DNA from: Leucoraja ocellata | Taxonomy: Eukaryota | Assembly (NCBI GenBank): GCA_036785375.1 | Contig: JAWMAR010000391.1 | Location: 1,054,001-1,118,000 of the forward strand | Length of the DNA stretch: 64,000 nt | Direction: 5' to 3' | Shown here: one piece after another, positions 22,846-35,590 of the stretch | How the letters are laid out: each line of letters starts with the position of its first letter | Position numbering within the stretch: position 1 is the stretch's first letter | Translations under genes and position numbers: made by a program | The notes under the pieces: generated by a model | The model's input: the letters and a program-made list of their open reading frames with translations, nothing else | The model's database searches: none | Told to the model about the DNA's origin: nothing

Positions 22846-25379
22846 TCTAAGTTATTCTTGTCTAATGAGGCTTTGTATCTTGGGATACTTTTATTAATTA
22901 AAAATTATACTTAAATCTAAGTTATTAAATATGGAGAAGATACCCCTTGCATTTTTCAGAATCCTAGATTTGTAAACTTTTAATAAATCTTCAATAAAAT
23001 TATTATTAACTACAAATATTTGATACAGTTGAGTGCAGTACAAAGTGATACTGGATTAAACTTTGGGTTTTAGATGCTTTGTTGATCTCAACTGAGGTAT
23101 CGGAACAATTACAAATGGTCTGAATGTTCCCCAAGTGGCTGGGGCTGGAGTGTGAGTCATCAAAATCCACTGAATATCTGTTCCTATTCGATAATCTATA
23201 CATTAGAGGACGTGAATTGTTAGAAACTTGGGGAAGAAGTTCATCCTCAGTTATGCAATGTGGAGGGCATGTTTGTTGAAATTTGCTTCAGAAATGCAGT
23301 TCCGTTGGCTTAAGTGGAATAGATTTTCGGAAACTAACGGCTGCACATTTATGCCTTTTATATTGCGAATTTAGCAGATGTCATTGAGGGCAGAGTGCAA
23401 TGGGTCTCATTACCAAATTGCTCACAGACACTCGTTTCATGTAAAGAACGACTACACTGGCAAATCACTGGAGGGCCACCTCCGCACAAAGAACCATAAC
23501 TAGCTTTATTTGCCATCTTTGGTGGTGTAAGAACATTATCATGGTGAGTGTTTGCATATCCTACAGAAATGCAGAATGCAGTCAGTGAAACAGTGCTTAA
23601 GAATTTGCTAAGTAATGAAGAGTTTGACTTTATTAGCTTGGAATTCTTACTCATCAAGTCACATAATTGTAGAATAAACAAAAAAAACTCTCAAATACTT
23701 TTCAGTTCTAAGTAAAAATACAAAAGCTAGTTCAGTCAATATAATCCAATTGGGCTAAACATGTAATTTAAAGATGGCTTAATCCTTAGAAATAGTGTAG
23801 ATAAATCTTCCAGTCTTTCTGCCCTGTTGGTGAAAAAATGATTTATAGCTAAAACCAAATTTTTCTTTTTACGTCTGTGGATGTGAGTTAACCATATACG
23901 TGCTGTCAATAGGCCATTTCATTTTCATTTTTGTTTTACTTTAGAAACTTGTGTTAAATGATCACAAATGTGGTTTCTTGTAGCATTGATGAAGCTGATG
24001 TTTTGCCTAGTGTCCAAACTAATGCTGATGTATATTGATTTTCACAGATGGTAGATAAGCAAGTGGCCTTTTTTTCCTCCTTTTTGTTAAGCCTGAATAA
24101 ACGTCAATGGCACTATGTGCTACTTATTCACCGGTTAGAAATGGACTGTTGTCAATGATTAATTTCTCATTTAAGTACTTTTTATTTAAAGAGAAACTTT
24201 CGATTGAAGAACACTTATTGGGTCTTTCTCAGTACATTGCCTTTGAGCATGAGCAATTTATGAAACCTTTTTTTAAATGCAAGTATTCACTGTCAAACTA
24301 AATTGCTTATTTTGAGGATTCCATTTCCTGCCACTTGCTTATCCACTTGGTTTCCATTTTCCAGGGGGCCTGACATATTACTGCTGAGAGCACTGGTTTT
24401 GGATTTAAGGAACAATCCATCAGCAGTGTCATTTGTCAGCTATGAAGTACTGTGGCAGCAGATAGTTTCTTTCTCTCTGATGTAGGTTTCACTCGAGCAG
24501 AGCAAAACGTATGAGCTGCTGAAGAAAGAGAAGCTGGGTTTTCCATCTAGTGGACCTAATGAGCATTAAAAGGCAGATCCAACCAGTTAACCTGCCTTTC
24601 TCTGAGTGAACATGACGGGCAACTCTGGATGCAATATGATCTATAATATGTTCTTATCCTAAAAAAATCAAACTTTTTTTTGGCTTACTTATAAAGTGTT
24701 TTTCAATAATTGCTGGAATTGATTTACACAATTGCGTAAACACTTCTGGTTCCAGGGTAACAGTGGGAGGACCTTTTACAATGAATTTTGGCAAAATCTT
24801 TGACCGATTTCTGTGGCCATACCTTTCCTTCCTCGTCTTGCTGGGATATGGTTCTTTATTAGCTTTAATAGGTGAAGGACATAACATCCAAATCTTCTAT
24901 GTATCGATGCAGTTCCCACAGCTGTTGTTGCACAATGTTGGACTAGAGAAATCACAGATTAGCTTTTCCTTCTCCAGATTCCTTGCTTGGCCACTATGTT
25001 AGCCAGCAGCAGGGATAGATGAGATATTAATTTCTCTTCACTCAACAATGTTCCCAGCAGGTTGTTTGAGTAACAATGTGTCATGAAAGTGAGTTTAGAG
25101 TTTAAAAAAACCCCCACAAGATTGGGCCTGTTTGCTATCGCCAACTAGCATTGTGTACTGATACAGAAGTGAGCTGTGTTGCATTTATGAATTGTTTAAA
25201 TTTGTTGAGGTGTAACTTCCTGGATATGAATGAAAAATGGTTTTTAATTAGTTTCCGTACAGTTTTTACATTCTAAATAAAATTCCATTGGCTCAGCAAT
25301 TTTTGTCTTTTCATGCCTATAGTGTGGCATGTTCCCAAATATTGTTGATAGAAAATTGAATGTTGATTCCTGCATATTG

Positions 25380-26225
25380 TATAGGGGGTTGCACGTAAGG
25401 TCACTGGGTCATAGGGCTTGACGCTTGGATCTGCTCATTCCATCTGGAAGACATCCATCACTTCCGGTATATGTTATTAATGCTAGAAAGGCGTACTTTC
25501 CTACCTGTTAAAAACTGCCAAAATGTTGAATTTTTTACACTGGAAAAATTTGTGGGAGTCGGGGTAAGTGTGAGAGACATGTAACCAACTTTAGTATTCC
25601 CAAACGTGAAGCGAAATGAAGGTATAGAGAAGCGAGAACCGAAGGGACTACAGCAGCTGAAGTGCTTGGTAAACATTGAAAATATTGGGAATTATCGCGT
25701 TTGCTCACTGCATTTCATCAAGTAAGGCGTTATTTGTGTTTTTTCTTGATTCCTTTGGTATCTAAAAATTCTCAGAAGTGATAAATCTGGCTGTAAATTT
25801 TTCTTCAGATGCGTTTTCATTTTGTATGTAAAAACCCACTTGGGAACCATGGGCGATTTAAAAAAAATTACAGCCAGATTTATCACTTCTGAAACTTTTT
25901 AGATGCCAAAGGAATCAAGAAAAAACACAAATAATGCCTTAGTTGATGAAATGCAGTGAGCAAACGGCCAATGTTCGCCAAGCACTTTGGCTGTTGTTGT
26001 CCCTTCAGCTCTCGCTTCTATCTACCGTCATTTCTCCTCACTTTTGGAATTCTGAAGTAGGATAAATGTCTCACATGCTTATCCCGATTTCCATAATTAT
26101 TTACAGCACAAAAATTGACAATGGTAAATGCCTACCTGCAGTACATCGCTTGTACTCCATTTGGAGTAGCGTAGCAACAGTACGGGTCGTGGGTCGTGAC
26201 CCCACTGCCGTGAAACCTCCCTATA
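25380..26225. mobile_element. Fold-back DNA element of about 840 bp with long internal inverted arms
   Basis: Termini tatagggggttgcacg / cgtgaaacctccctata. Arms at about 25520-25802 and 25859-26120 (e.g. cagaagtgataaatctggctgtaa / ttacagccagatttatcacttctg). Confidence 0.75.
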
Positions 26226-26545
26226 AGAGTGATGCAAACTTCCACACTTTATTTCAACAGTCATTGCATCCTAGACTATCTATCTTTAATCCATTGTGGA
26301 TTAAAATCAAACTTGTTGAATCAAGAAGAAATATTCTTGTCTGTCAAATCGGAAGTGAGATGGGAAATATTTGATCATGGACTGCAGTGGAAGGTCAGTT
26401 GATTAGACAAGATACTGGGATATTTAACAAGTCTGGCAGCATCTGAATAGAGGGAAACTATTAATTTTCATTCCAACTGGAAAAATTAGATTTTAAGTTG
26501 AGGAGTAGGGGTGGGATGAATACTTGCTGATAGGATGGGGAACAA

Positions 26546-26782
26546 TGTGTAGGAAGGAACTCCAGATGCTGCTTGTCTCTGAAAACGGGGGCAAAATGCT
26601 GGAGAAACTCAGCAGGTCAGGCAGCATCTACGGAGAAAAGGACAGATGACCTTTCGGGTCAAGACCCTTCTTCAGACTGAACTGCTCCATTCTGAGGAAG
26701 GGCCTCGACCTGAAACATCGCCTATTCCTTTTCTCCAGAGATGCTGTCTGACCCGCTGAGTAACTCCAGCATTTTGAGTATT
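26546..26782. mobile_element. Fold-back Penelope-like element with a hammerhead-like core on each strand
   Basis: Inverted arms; 15-bp TSD taggatgg(g/a)gaacaa at 26531-26545 and 26783-26797. Confidence 0.8.
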
Positions 26783-26944
26783 TAGGATGGAGAACAAGAT
26801 TGTCCAGCTGACACAGTTGATTTTGGTGCTATCGAAATGCTTGTTAAATCATAACCAATTTGCCTGAAGGCACAAATCGCCATACTTTCAAGGCTGCTGA
26901 AAAAGAGTGACTAGCTGTTATTAGTTCAATTTTGTGTCTATTCA

Positions 26945-27210
26945 GGATGTGTTAAACACTCTACAGCCAGTGAAGTACTTTTGAAATATAATCACTGTCG
27001 CATTGTAGGAAACATATCAGCCAATTTCACCGGGCGAGCTCCCACAAAAAGCTGTGTGGTAATTACAAGCTCTGCTGTCTTTGTGATGTTGATTGAGAAA
27101 CACCAGGGAATATTTCCCCTTCTTCAAAGTAATAGCACAGGATCTGCTCCAACCTCTGTTTCAAGTCTCATCTGAAGGGGCAGTGTTTCTAACACAGTGG
27201 TACAGTAAAA
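26945..27210 (-). mobile_element. Ancient Deu-domain SINE (SacSINE1/AmnSINE1-like)
   Basis: tacagccagtgaagtacttttgaa...tgtaggaaac...gccaattt...cccacaaa...gtgatgttgattgag...gtctcatctgaag resembles the DeuSINE consensus as I recall it. Confidence 0.65.
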
Positions 27211-28737
27211 CTTTGATCATCTGGTGCCCCCAACACTTTGGTGGCAGACTGGCATGTTTTCTGAACTATTGGATGTTATTCCTCTAACCTCCCCCCTCCC
27301 CCCTCCCCCCCCCCCCCCCCCCCCCCAATTAATCCACCAAAATGCTTTCTTAGATGCTGCACATTATGAAATAAATTCTCCAGTCTAACCAGTAAGGTTA
27401 AAGAGAACACAGTGAGTTGGAAAAAAGTGTGGCAGATCTTACCAATGATCTTGGTGCCAAAGCATTGAGATTTCTGAATGGTGGGTTAGCAGATTATTGG
27501 TGTTTTTGGCTATGCTGCCATAATACTGTATTGGAGTTAAATCTATTTTGTAGTGGACGCAGATATTAGAATGTCCTTAACACGGCCCCACACACACCAT
27601 TATTTGCAAACAAGTTTATAACTATCTGGGTTTGAAAAATTTCAGATTATGTATCTCATTTGTCTTGGTATTGATTGATCTCATTTTTGGAAGAATTTCT
27701 TCAAAGAACTTTGAAAAGGTGATTCAGTCTGAATTGTAGAAGTATGGGCAAGAGCTGGGGAAATGGGACTAATTGAATAATACTTTCTATATCATTTGCA
27801 CGGTTCAGTGAGGCTTAAAAATCTGACTTGGGAAGCTTCAGTTCTGCATAATGATATTAAACATGGTACTTTTGGCTTTGGATTGATTGACAATGTATTT
27901 TTTTAAACAAACATGTAGTAAAGTATTTGTATTATTGTGTTTACTGTACGCCTTCCTCTCCCATTCAGAAATGCAGTATATCTGCATTAATTGCAAATTA
28001 AATGGTCCTTTCCCCTTCCTCTTGTTTCTAAAGGCTCCAACTCCATGCTGATGTGCAATTTCATGGGTGCCAAGTCTGCTCTGGCCAGTGTCAACAGACT
28101 ATTTGAATCCAGACGGTATAATGACTAAGGCAGATGTTGCCTTGCTTAATGTCATCGATTTCTGACAAGGTTTGTTGAACAACAGCAGCAGTTGAAATCG
28201 CCCCAACTGCAAGCAAGCACTGAAAGCAGTGGTTAGCCTAATTCTGCTGCACCTGAGATGGGATAAATTGCTGTTCCATCATCAAAGCAGGACTGGTGGG
28301 AACATTTTGTTTAATATGGCTGAGAATTTTGTTAAAATATTGCCGCGCTTTATTTCTCATGCATGAATTGATGGTGATGGCTTGTGCTCATGTGCTTGCA
28401 CAAGTGTTGTAGCTGTCCATCGGGTGAATGAGCTTGGTCGGTCCTTGGGAACTGAGACCCTGTCAGTAAACTGCTTCTACCTTGAAAGCATTACAGCTGA
28501 GTCTTATCCAGCAGATGTCACTGGAAGTGATCAGGGACTGGAAATATGCTGATTCACCACTCTCATCAACCCTGCTCCCTCCTTCCTAAAATCATTTCCC
28601 TGAACTTTTGAGATGTATAAATATGGAGATAGACAGCCCACCTACTTTCCATTGGTCAAGCACCAGGCCTTTCTTGTTTGAACGATGGTGTATTCATCAC
28701 ATTCAACCAGGAATTGGTCAATGTTTCCCTTACTATA

Positions 28738-29000
28738 GTCAATAGGTGCAGAGTAGGCGGCCATTCGTCCCTTCGAGCCAGCACTGCCATTCAATGTGAT
28801 CATGGCTGATCATCCCCAATCAGTACCCCGTTCCTACCTTTTCCCCATATCCCCTGACTCTACAATTTTTAAGAGCCCTATCTAGCTCTCTTGAACGCAT
28901 CCAGAGAACCTGCCTCTGAGGCAGAGAATTCCACAGACTCGCCACTCTCTGTGAGGAAAAAGTTCCTCGTCTCCGTTCTAAATGGCTTCTTATTCTTAAA
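28738..29000 (-). mobile_element. CR1/HER1 LINE 3' end
   Basis: aataggtgcagagtaggcggccattcg...catggctgatcatccccaatcagtaccccgttcct; same family as 49622-49975. Confidence 0.8.
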
Positions 29001-29329
29001 ATTACTCCTTACTCTTTTATATATTTTTTGTTCTGAATCCACAAACTGTATTATGCACATTTTCCAATTTCATGTAAACCACATCCCTGGTGTTGTCCTC
29101 TCTCAAATGCTGTCCTGTCACTGTGGCGTTCTTCTCCCTTCCTTTACCATTTTCCCATCCTCTCACCACCCCCTCTTCTGCCTTTAATCTGGCTCCACGA
29201 GCCTCTATCATTCCCCCACCCTTGTACTGCTATATACTGGTAACCTTTCCTCTTCACTTTCAGTCCTGATACAGGATCTCAACCCGGGATGCTGACTTGC
29301 ATCGTTTGCCTTCACAGATGCTGCTTGAT

Positions 29330-29462
29330 GTGGCCCTTGTGGCTATGGGGATCAGGGGGTATGGAGAGAAGGCAGGTACAGGATACTGAGTTGGATGATC
29401 AGCCATGATCATATTGAATGGCGGTGCAGGCTCGAAGGGAGCCTGCACCTAGTTTCTATGTT
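29330..29462 (+). mobile_element. CR1/HER1 3' end nested in an older Penelope-like remnant
   Basis: gggatcagggggtatggagagaaggcagg...gatcagccatgatcatattgaatggcgg. Confidence 0.75.
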
Positions 29463-29782
29463 GATCTGCTGAGTTATTGCAGTATTCTGGTTTTTTTTTT
29501 GCTCTAGACTCTGGCATCCGTGGTCTCTTTTTGGAGGATTGGTCAATGGTCTGATAACAGCAGGAAGAAGGTGTTGCTGAATCTGGTGTTATGTTCTTTT
29601 AACCTTTTGTCTCTTCTGCCTGATGGGAGAGGGGAGATGATGAAATAACTGGGTGAAAATTGTCCTTGGTTATTTTGGTAGATTGGAGGGATTGGTGATC
29701 GACTATGCTGTGTCCACAATTCTCTGCACTTTTACATTGTCTTGGGCAGAGTTGTTGCCAAACCAAGCAGCGGTGTAACCTG

Positions 29783-29972
29783 TGTAAGAAGGAACTGCAG
29801 ATGCTGGTTTCAATCAAAGATAGACACAAAAAGCTGGAGTAACTCAGTGGGACAGGCAGCATCTCTGAAGAGAAGGAAGGGTGAAGTTTCGGGTCGAGCC
29901 GAAACATCACCCATTCCTTATCTCCAGAGATGCTGCCTGTCCCACTGAGTTACTCCAACTCTTTGAGTCCAT
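29783..29972. mobile_element. Fold-back Penelope-like element inserted in an older LINE remnant (about 29540-30040)
   Basis: Inverted arms; 15-bp TSD cag(c/t)ggtgta(a/t)cctg at 29768-29782 and 29973-29987. Confidence 0.8.
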
Positions 29973-31094
29973 CAGTGGTGTATCCTGATGGGATGCTCTC
30001 TTAGGTGCATCTGCAGAGGTTGGTGCGAGCCATTGAACCTCTCCCCTGGTGTGCAGTAGAATTGACTTTGCTTATTGTATGTACTTGAAGGGCTTTGGTC
30101 AACATGCTTGTTGAGGAGCAAGGTTAGCTGTAGGACCATGGGGTGGGGGCGGAAGGGAATTGCGTTTGTTGGGAGTGTCGGGACCGTGACTGTTAGCCAC
30201 AGAGAGGAAGAGCAAGGGGCAGTTGTGCTGTAGACAGGTGATTTGGGAGTTAGGTTGCCGGCGAAAGAGGCCCTTCATGAGGGGTTGGTTGGAAGAATGT
30301 GCAAGTTGATGGTCTGAATTTTATAGCCCAGACCCCATCCTAGAAATGTCCGTCTGCATTCTCCCTGTATTTATACTTGTATGGTCTAGAGTGGAGGGCC
30401 TGCCTTGTCTCAGACGTCACCAGATGTCCTAAGTGACAGTTGGGACTCCAGCTGCCTCCAGCTGCCTCCAGTAGCCACCACCAGCCTCCACCCACCTCGA
30501 CAATCTCTGGCCAGACCTCGGCTAAATTGAACCCAACCCAAAATTGAGGTCTTTATCTTTTCCCCCTGCCTGACCCAACATAGTATCTGGGCTGTATGTG
30601 ACTCTGAGTCAAAATTGCCATCCATGGTCTAGAGGAGGTTCCTTGACACTCGACTATGACATTGTTGTGAACTTGAAACAGACAATAGACAGAGCACGGG
30701 CATGCCGGGACAATGTGGGGGAGGTCCCACCTGCCTTTGGATCGCACTATCACATGCACCAAGACAAACTTGGTATAAATAGCCAGAAAATGTGTCCCAA
30801 GACCAGGGAAGGGTCATATTCCCCTTCGGCACATCTCAGAGCTTGGCCTAAGCATGGATGCCCTTCATGCTTGGCCTAAGCATGGATGCAAACCCTGAAA
30901 CGATGCACTCCAAGCCCTGAATAACAGCCCCATTTCCCTTGCTTTCCATGTCACACTGAGACGGAGTCCAATGTGAAATCGACACTGGAAAAATGACATT
31001 GCATACCAGTCAATTTCCTTGTGTGTGCTTAGCAAATGTCCATTCAGCACCTCTGTCCCTGAGGTAAATATGTGTTCACCTATTTACAACCCAA

Positions 31095-31190
31095 CATGAC
31101 CGAAGAAGGGTCCAGACCCAAAACGTCACCCATCCTTTTTCCCCAGAGATGCTGCCTGACCCACTGACTTACTCCAGTTTTCGTATCTAT
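31095..31190 (+). mobile_element. Single-arm Penelope-like terminal repeat
   Basis: ccgaagaagggtccagacccaaaacgtcacccatcc...gagatgctgcctgacccactga. Confidence 0.7.
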
Positions 31191-32285
31191 GAGCAGGATC
31201 TGATAGTTTTAGCAAAATGTATCCAACTTGAATGGGACTATTGAGCTCAAAAATAGGGTCTTTCCCTGTATCTTGAGGGAAGGTGAGGCAATTACATGCA
31301 TGCCCCATTGAACAGACCAAAGTGAATGAAAGCATGCGTATCTTCTGGCAGAGGATTCTGGTGTTGAACTCCATGGTAATGAAGCAGATAAGTGATTGAT
31401 CATTTAACTTAATTCATGTCTCATACACATTTTGCATACATTGCATGTGAAATCTATGCAGTTTGCAAGCTATGCATGTTCAAAAGAATTCTGTGTGAGC
31501 AACGCCTGTTGTGTTAGATGGCTTTTGAAGGTACTGTCCTTGTCTGGGTTGCTCCATGTGTTACCGAACTACACACAGGAAAGGCCAAGGAAATAATTTG
31601 GCATTTAGAGAGCTACACAGCAAGTAGAAATGGATGTGCTTTTGATCTTAATTACTTTCTGTTTGCGAGCCCCAAAAACAGTTGTACTTTACAAAATAAT
31701 TTCTGGGGCAAACTTTCTTCATTTTATCGTTTGGACGAAAGTTCATTTCATGTACTCAAAACTTCACCATCCCAAAAATCTCACCAATTTTGCATTATGT
31801 GGTTATTTTTGGCCAGTGGATTCCTTGTGATTTATAAAATCAATCATTTGTAATATAAATATTTTGTTCATCAAATGCTTAAATACATCAAAGGATTAAT
31901 TGCCGAAAGAAAAATATAAATTTAAAACTTGGTTGTTTTTTTTCATGCTGTTGTGGGGATTCTTATTCATTTTGAATTATATTTAGAATCACTTGAAACT
32001 GATGTGCTGTATGAATAGCTCCAGCAATTACATACAGGCCCTGAAGAACAGGCCAGACTGCATTTTCTTGAATGAGTGCACATCAGCCACACAAGTAGAA
32101 GTGCTTTGATGCAACTTAACGTGGCTTATTGCGTGTCACCCTGGCCACTTCCTGCTTTCACAGAGAAGGAACGAACGAGTCAAAGGAATTCTTGATTAAT
32201 TGCTAGTTTTATTGGCCTCTTATGTGCCAAGATATGAATGTTTGTTTGATAGATAATAGTGAAGAAGTGTACGACAACTGTAGAA

Positions 32286-32381
32286 GTCTGAAGAAGGGCC
32301 CCGACCTGAAATGTCATCTATCCATGTTCTTCAGAGATTCTGCCTGACCCGCTAAGTTGCTCCAACACTTTATTTTTTCCA
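32286..32381 (+). mobile_element. Single-arm Penelope-like terminal repeat with intact hammerhead core motifs
   Basis: ctgaaga-agg...cct-gaaa-tg-tc at 32288-32315; 10-bp flanking duplication aactgtagaa at 32276-32285 and 32382-32391. Confidence 0.7.
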
Positions 32382-35300
32382 AACTGTAGAAACATCAGTT
32401 TCTGTAGTTTATGATGTGAGGAATATTGCATGTAAAACTATCTTTCTCTGGCACGAGGAACTATCTTCCTTGTACAGTCATTGCTCTTGCTGGGTTGTTT
32501 AATTATTTCTGTACTGTGGGCAAATTTAAAAAAGGCTTGGTCCCCTTCTGATTTGCCAGTGAAGATGAGATAGTGGTTCTTGTGATTGTGTGTTACTTGG
32601 CCTTTTTGGGTTCAGGACACAGTATTTTTCTTTAGGCTATACCTTTTGAGAGCTACTGAAGCAAGAACTTTCAAGAAATGAGCAGGATGGCCTTCCACTA
32701 TTGAAAGAAGAATAATGAGATTGCATATGACATCTCTGAGGAAACCTTTGTTCTGTGCTGACCTGGTAAATGACCTCTTGTTTACTCTGTTGCTTTGCTC
32801 AGTATTTCAGCTTCTCGGGTTACAGAACAATTGAGCAAATTAGCAGTAGAGTTTCAATGGGAAAAATTAACTACTGTTTTCTCTGTTAAAAGTCTTAAGC
32901 GATGCTCTTTGCCATTTTCAAAGAATAAAAACCATCGAAGAATATTGTTCAGCAAAATGTTTAGGGTTACGTAATCAATTGGATCATTTAGGCATGAAAG
33001 CTTCTAATGTTTTTCTGCGAAGGAAAGGAAGGAGAACCTGTGATATGGACAGTGTGCCTTAAGAATCCCAGTGGAGCTGTGGCCCTATTTGTGATTGATT
33101 GGCAGATATTTGGAAGCAAGGAAGACCTGTGTAATAAGGTCTGGGAAAAAGCTCTGACTTTGGTTTACTAAGCATTGCTTCAGCAAGGATTTGTCGAGGG
33201 CAGAGGTGATAGGGCAGGAACAGCGGAAGGGGCAGATGGTTAAACCCTTTCCCATTGCAGATGGAATTTGCTAAACAATTATCTCTGAAAGGTTTCTGTA
33301 AAAATATTTCTGCAAACCATGCTAATTTTGACCACATTGCAAACAGCTTTGGGGTTAAAAGAAATCCAAAGTATGTATTTATAAATTCTGATAAACCTAG
33401 TCGGAACATAGTTTTCCATCTCAGTGATTTCATTCTGTGATTGGCAATATATTTTGAAGAAACCAAATAATGAAAGTAGTTGAGTTAGTGGTTAGCCATG
33501 GTACAGAAATGCCTATTTTTAGATGGGAAATCTTAGTACTCTAAATATAGCTCATAAATATTAAAACGAGTACTTGATAATAAAGCAAGCAAACAAACAA
33601 CTGTAGTCACTATCATAATTGATGCACTTTCTATGGTCTTTGGGCCACACATGTTTGAATCGCATCAAATAAGCTCCGAACTGCATAGACATGTTTACAT
33701 ATTCTGTGCTGTTGCAAGTAAGAATTTCCTTGCTCCATCTGGAGCATTTCACAATAAAACACTCTTGACTCTTGACTTCTATCTTTCATTAGTGTGAATC
33801 TTCATCCTGACTTGTATCTGTGAAGTTGTTCTGTAATGACATCCCTCTCCTACCCCCGGGGCTTGCACTGATTTGATACCTGCTTGGTGAGAATCTGTTG
33901 TTGTGCAGCAACAAGGAATTTTCTTTGAAGTTGATTAAAGGTCTCTATCCTGTGCTTTACACATAGAGGGATGGACGGGGGAGGGTTTTGGACAGGCCTC
34001 TATATTCTCTCCGCAGGTACAATTTCAGGGTGCTGAGAGAAACGTAGGGCTTCAAAGATCACTGACAATTAGATGACGGATGACATTCAGAAAATCCAAA
34101 ATGGCAGAAAAGTGATTCAACGCTTGACTGGCAGAAAACAGGCCAAATGTCATCAATACAGAAGATATGGTGCCTGTCCAATTAGAGAGCACCCACGAAC
34201 TGGAACCAGAGCTTTCACCGAGAAGTCATATCTTTATGTTTATCTTGCAATCGAAGTAGCATTTTTGTTGGCCTTCTTTAAGTAAAGAAGTGGAAAATAC
34301 AAATATGCTTTAAGCATATCATCAGACCTCCCAAACTCCGGCAGTAGCTTTAGACTCCACCATGCAGTTAAATCTGGGAATAAACAAAAGTGACTTTAAG
34401 GCTCGCCATAGCTGGCAGTAGATTCCATCTGAAGCCACCTTAGTTTAGTTGATACTGATTCAAGATTGAGAGTATGAGGAATGTTACTAGATGTGGAGAG
34501 TTTTGTGGTTCTGAGAAAATGTTCATTAGATGATCTTATGTGTGGTTTAAATATGCCCTTGATTAACAACTGTAGAGTTGGTGTATTTTTTACTTTGATG
34601 CTATAGTTGTGGTCTAAATGCTCATCTAATCTCCATTCCTGGCCTTAACTGGTGTCTAAATAGAGACTTTCCCCACGATCAAGGTTGATATGAGCTGAGA
34701 GCATGATGTGCTCAGTTGAATGTTCTTTTTATTTTAAAAAGTTTATTACGGCATTTGGACACCCTTGCAAGGCCGCATTTAGGGTCCATTATTCATTGCA
34801 CTGGGAAGGTGGTGATGAGCTGTTTGAATATCTACATTCTTTTTGGTGAAAACACTCCCAAGCATAGTGGCATAGGAATGTCCAGTATTCACACCCAGCA
34901 ACATTAAAGGAATTGAGACGTGTTTCCAGATCAGGTGGTGCTGGTACTCCAATGCACGGATTGTCCCGATCTTCTAGGTGGTAAGGTGATGTTTTGAAAT
35001 ACTGTCATGAAGCTTGGATGAGCTACTGTGCTGTTATGTACAGACAACAGTCCCACACCTACAAGTGTATGTGCCATTCCGATGCACAACTTTATTCTTG
35101 ATGTTGTTGAGCTTCATGGTTCTTTTTAGAGCTGTAGTCTTTCACAGAAGAGAAGCATATTCAATTTACTTTGTCAGTGTGGAAAGGATTTAGAGAGTTT
35201 GGAAGCATTTACTGGAGAGCGTCTCATTCCTGACGTGGAGTTTGGTTTTCAAGTTCCTGGTCCATTTTTAATAATTTTAGGTTTTGTTAAATCCTAGAAG

Positions 35301-35424
35301 GTTTTGGTGGGAGGCTTGGTGACAGTATTAACATTGAATATCAAGGAGATGTGCTTAAACTTTCTTGTTTTGGAAAATGTCAACCTCATCTCTGCCCTGC
35401 ATGTTGTTTTCCACTGGTGACTCC

Positions 35425-35590
35425 AATAGACAATAGGTGCAGTAGTAGGCCATTCGACCCTTCGAGCCAGCACTGCCTTTCACTGCGATCATGGCTGATC
35501 ATCCACATTCAGTGCCCCGTTCCTGCCTTCTCCCCATATGCCCTGAATCCGATATCTTTAAAAGCTCTAACCTTTATCCTTCTCAATTCC
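35425..35590 (-). mobile_element. CR1/HER1 3' end lying within an older degraded LINE region (about 34745-35900)
   Basis: caatagacaataggtgcagtagtaggccattcg...catggctgatcatcc. Confidence 0.7.

Noticed and set aside
27289-27326. Long poly-C/poly-G runs (also 3376, 52027, 57776) as functional elements
   Set aside because: Simple homopolymers whose lengths are unreliable in assemblies; no other support.
34004-34285. Strong-looking acceptor (ttctctccgcag) and a 70-aa ORF as an extra PRTG exon
   Set aside because: No Ig/FN3 similarity, and exons 2 and 3 already join in phase without missing sequence.
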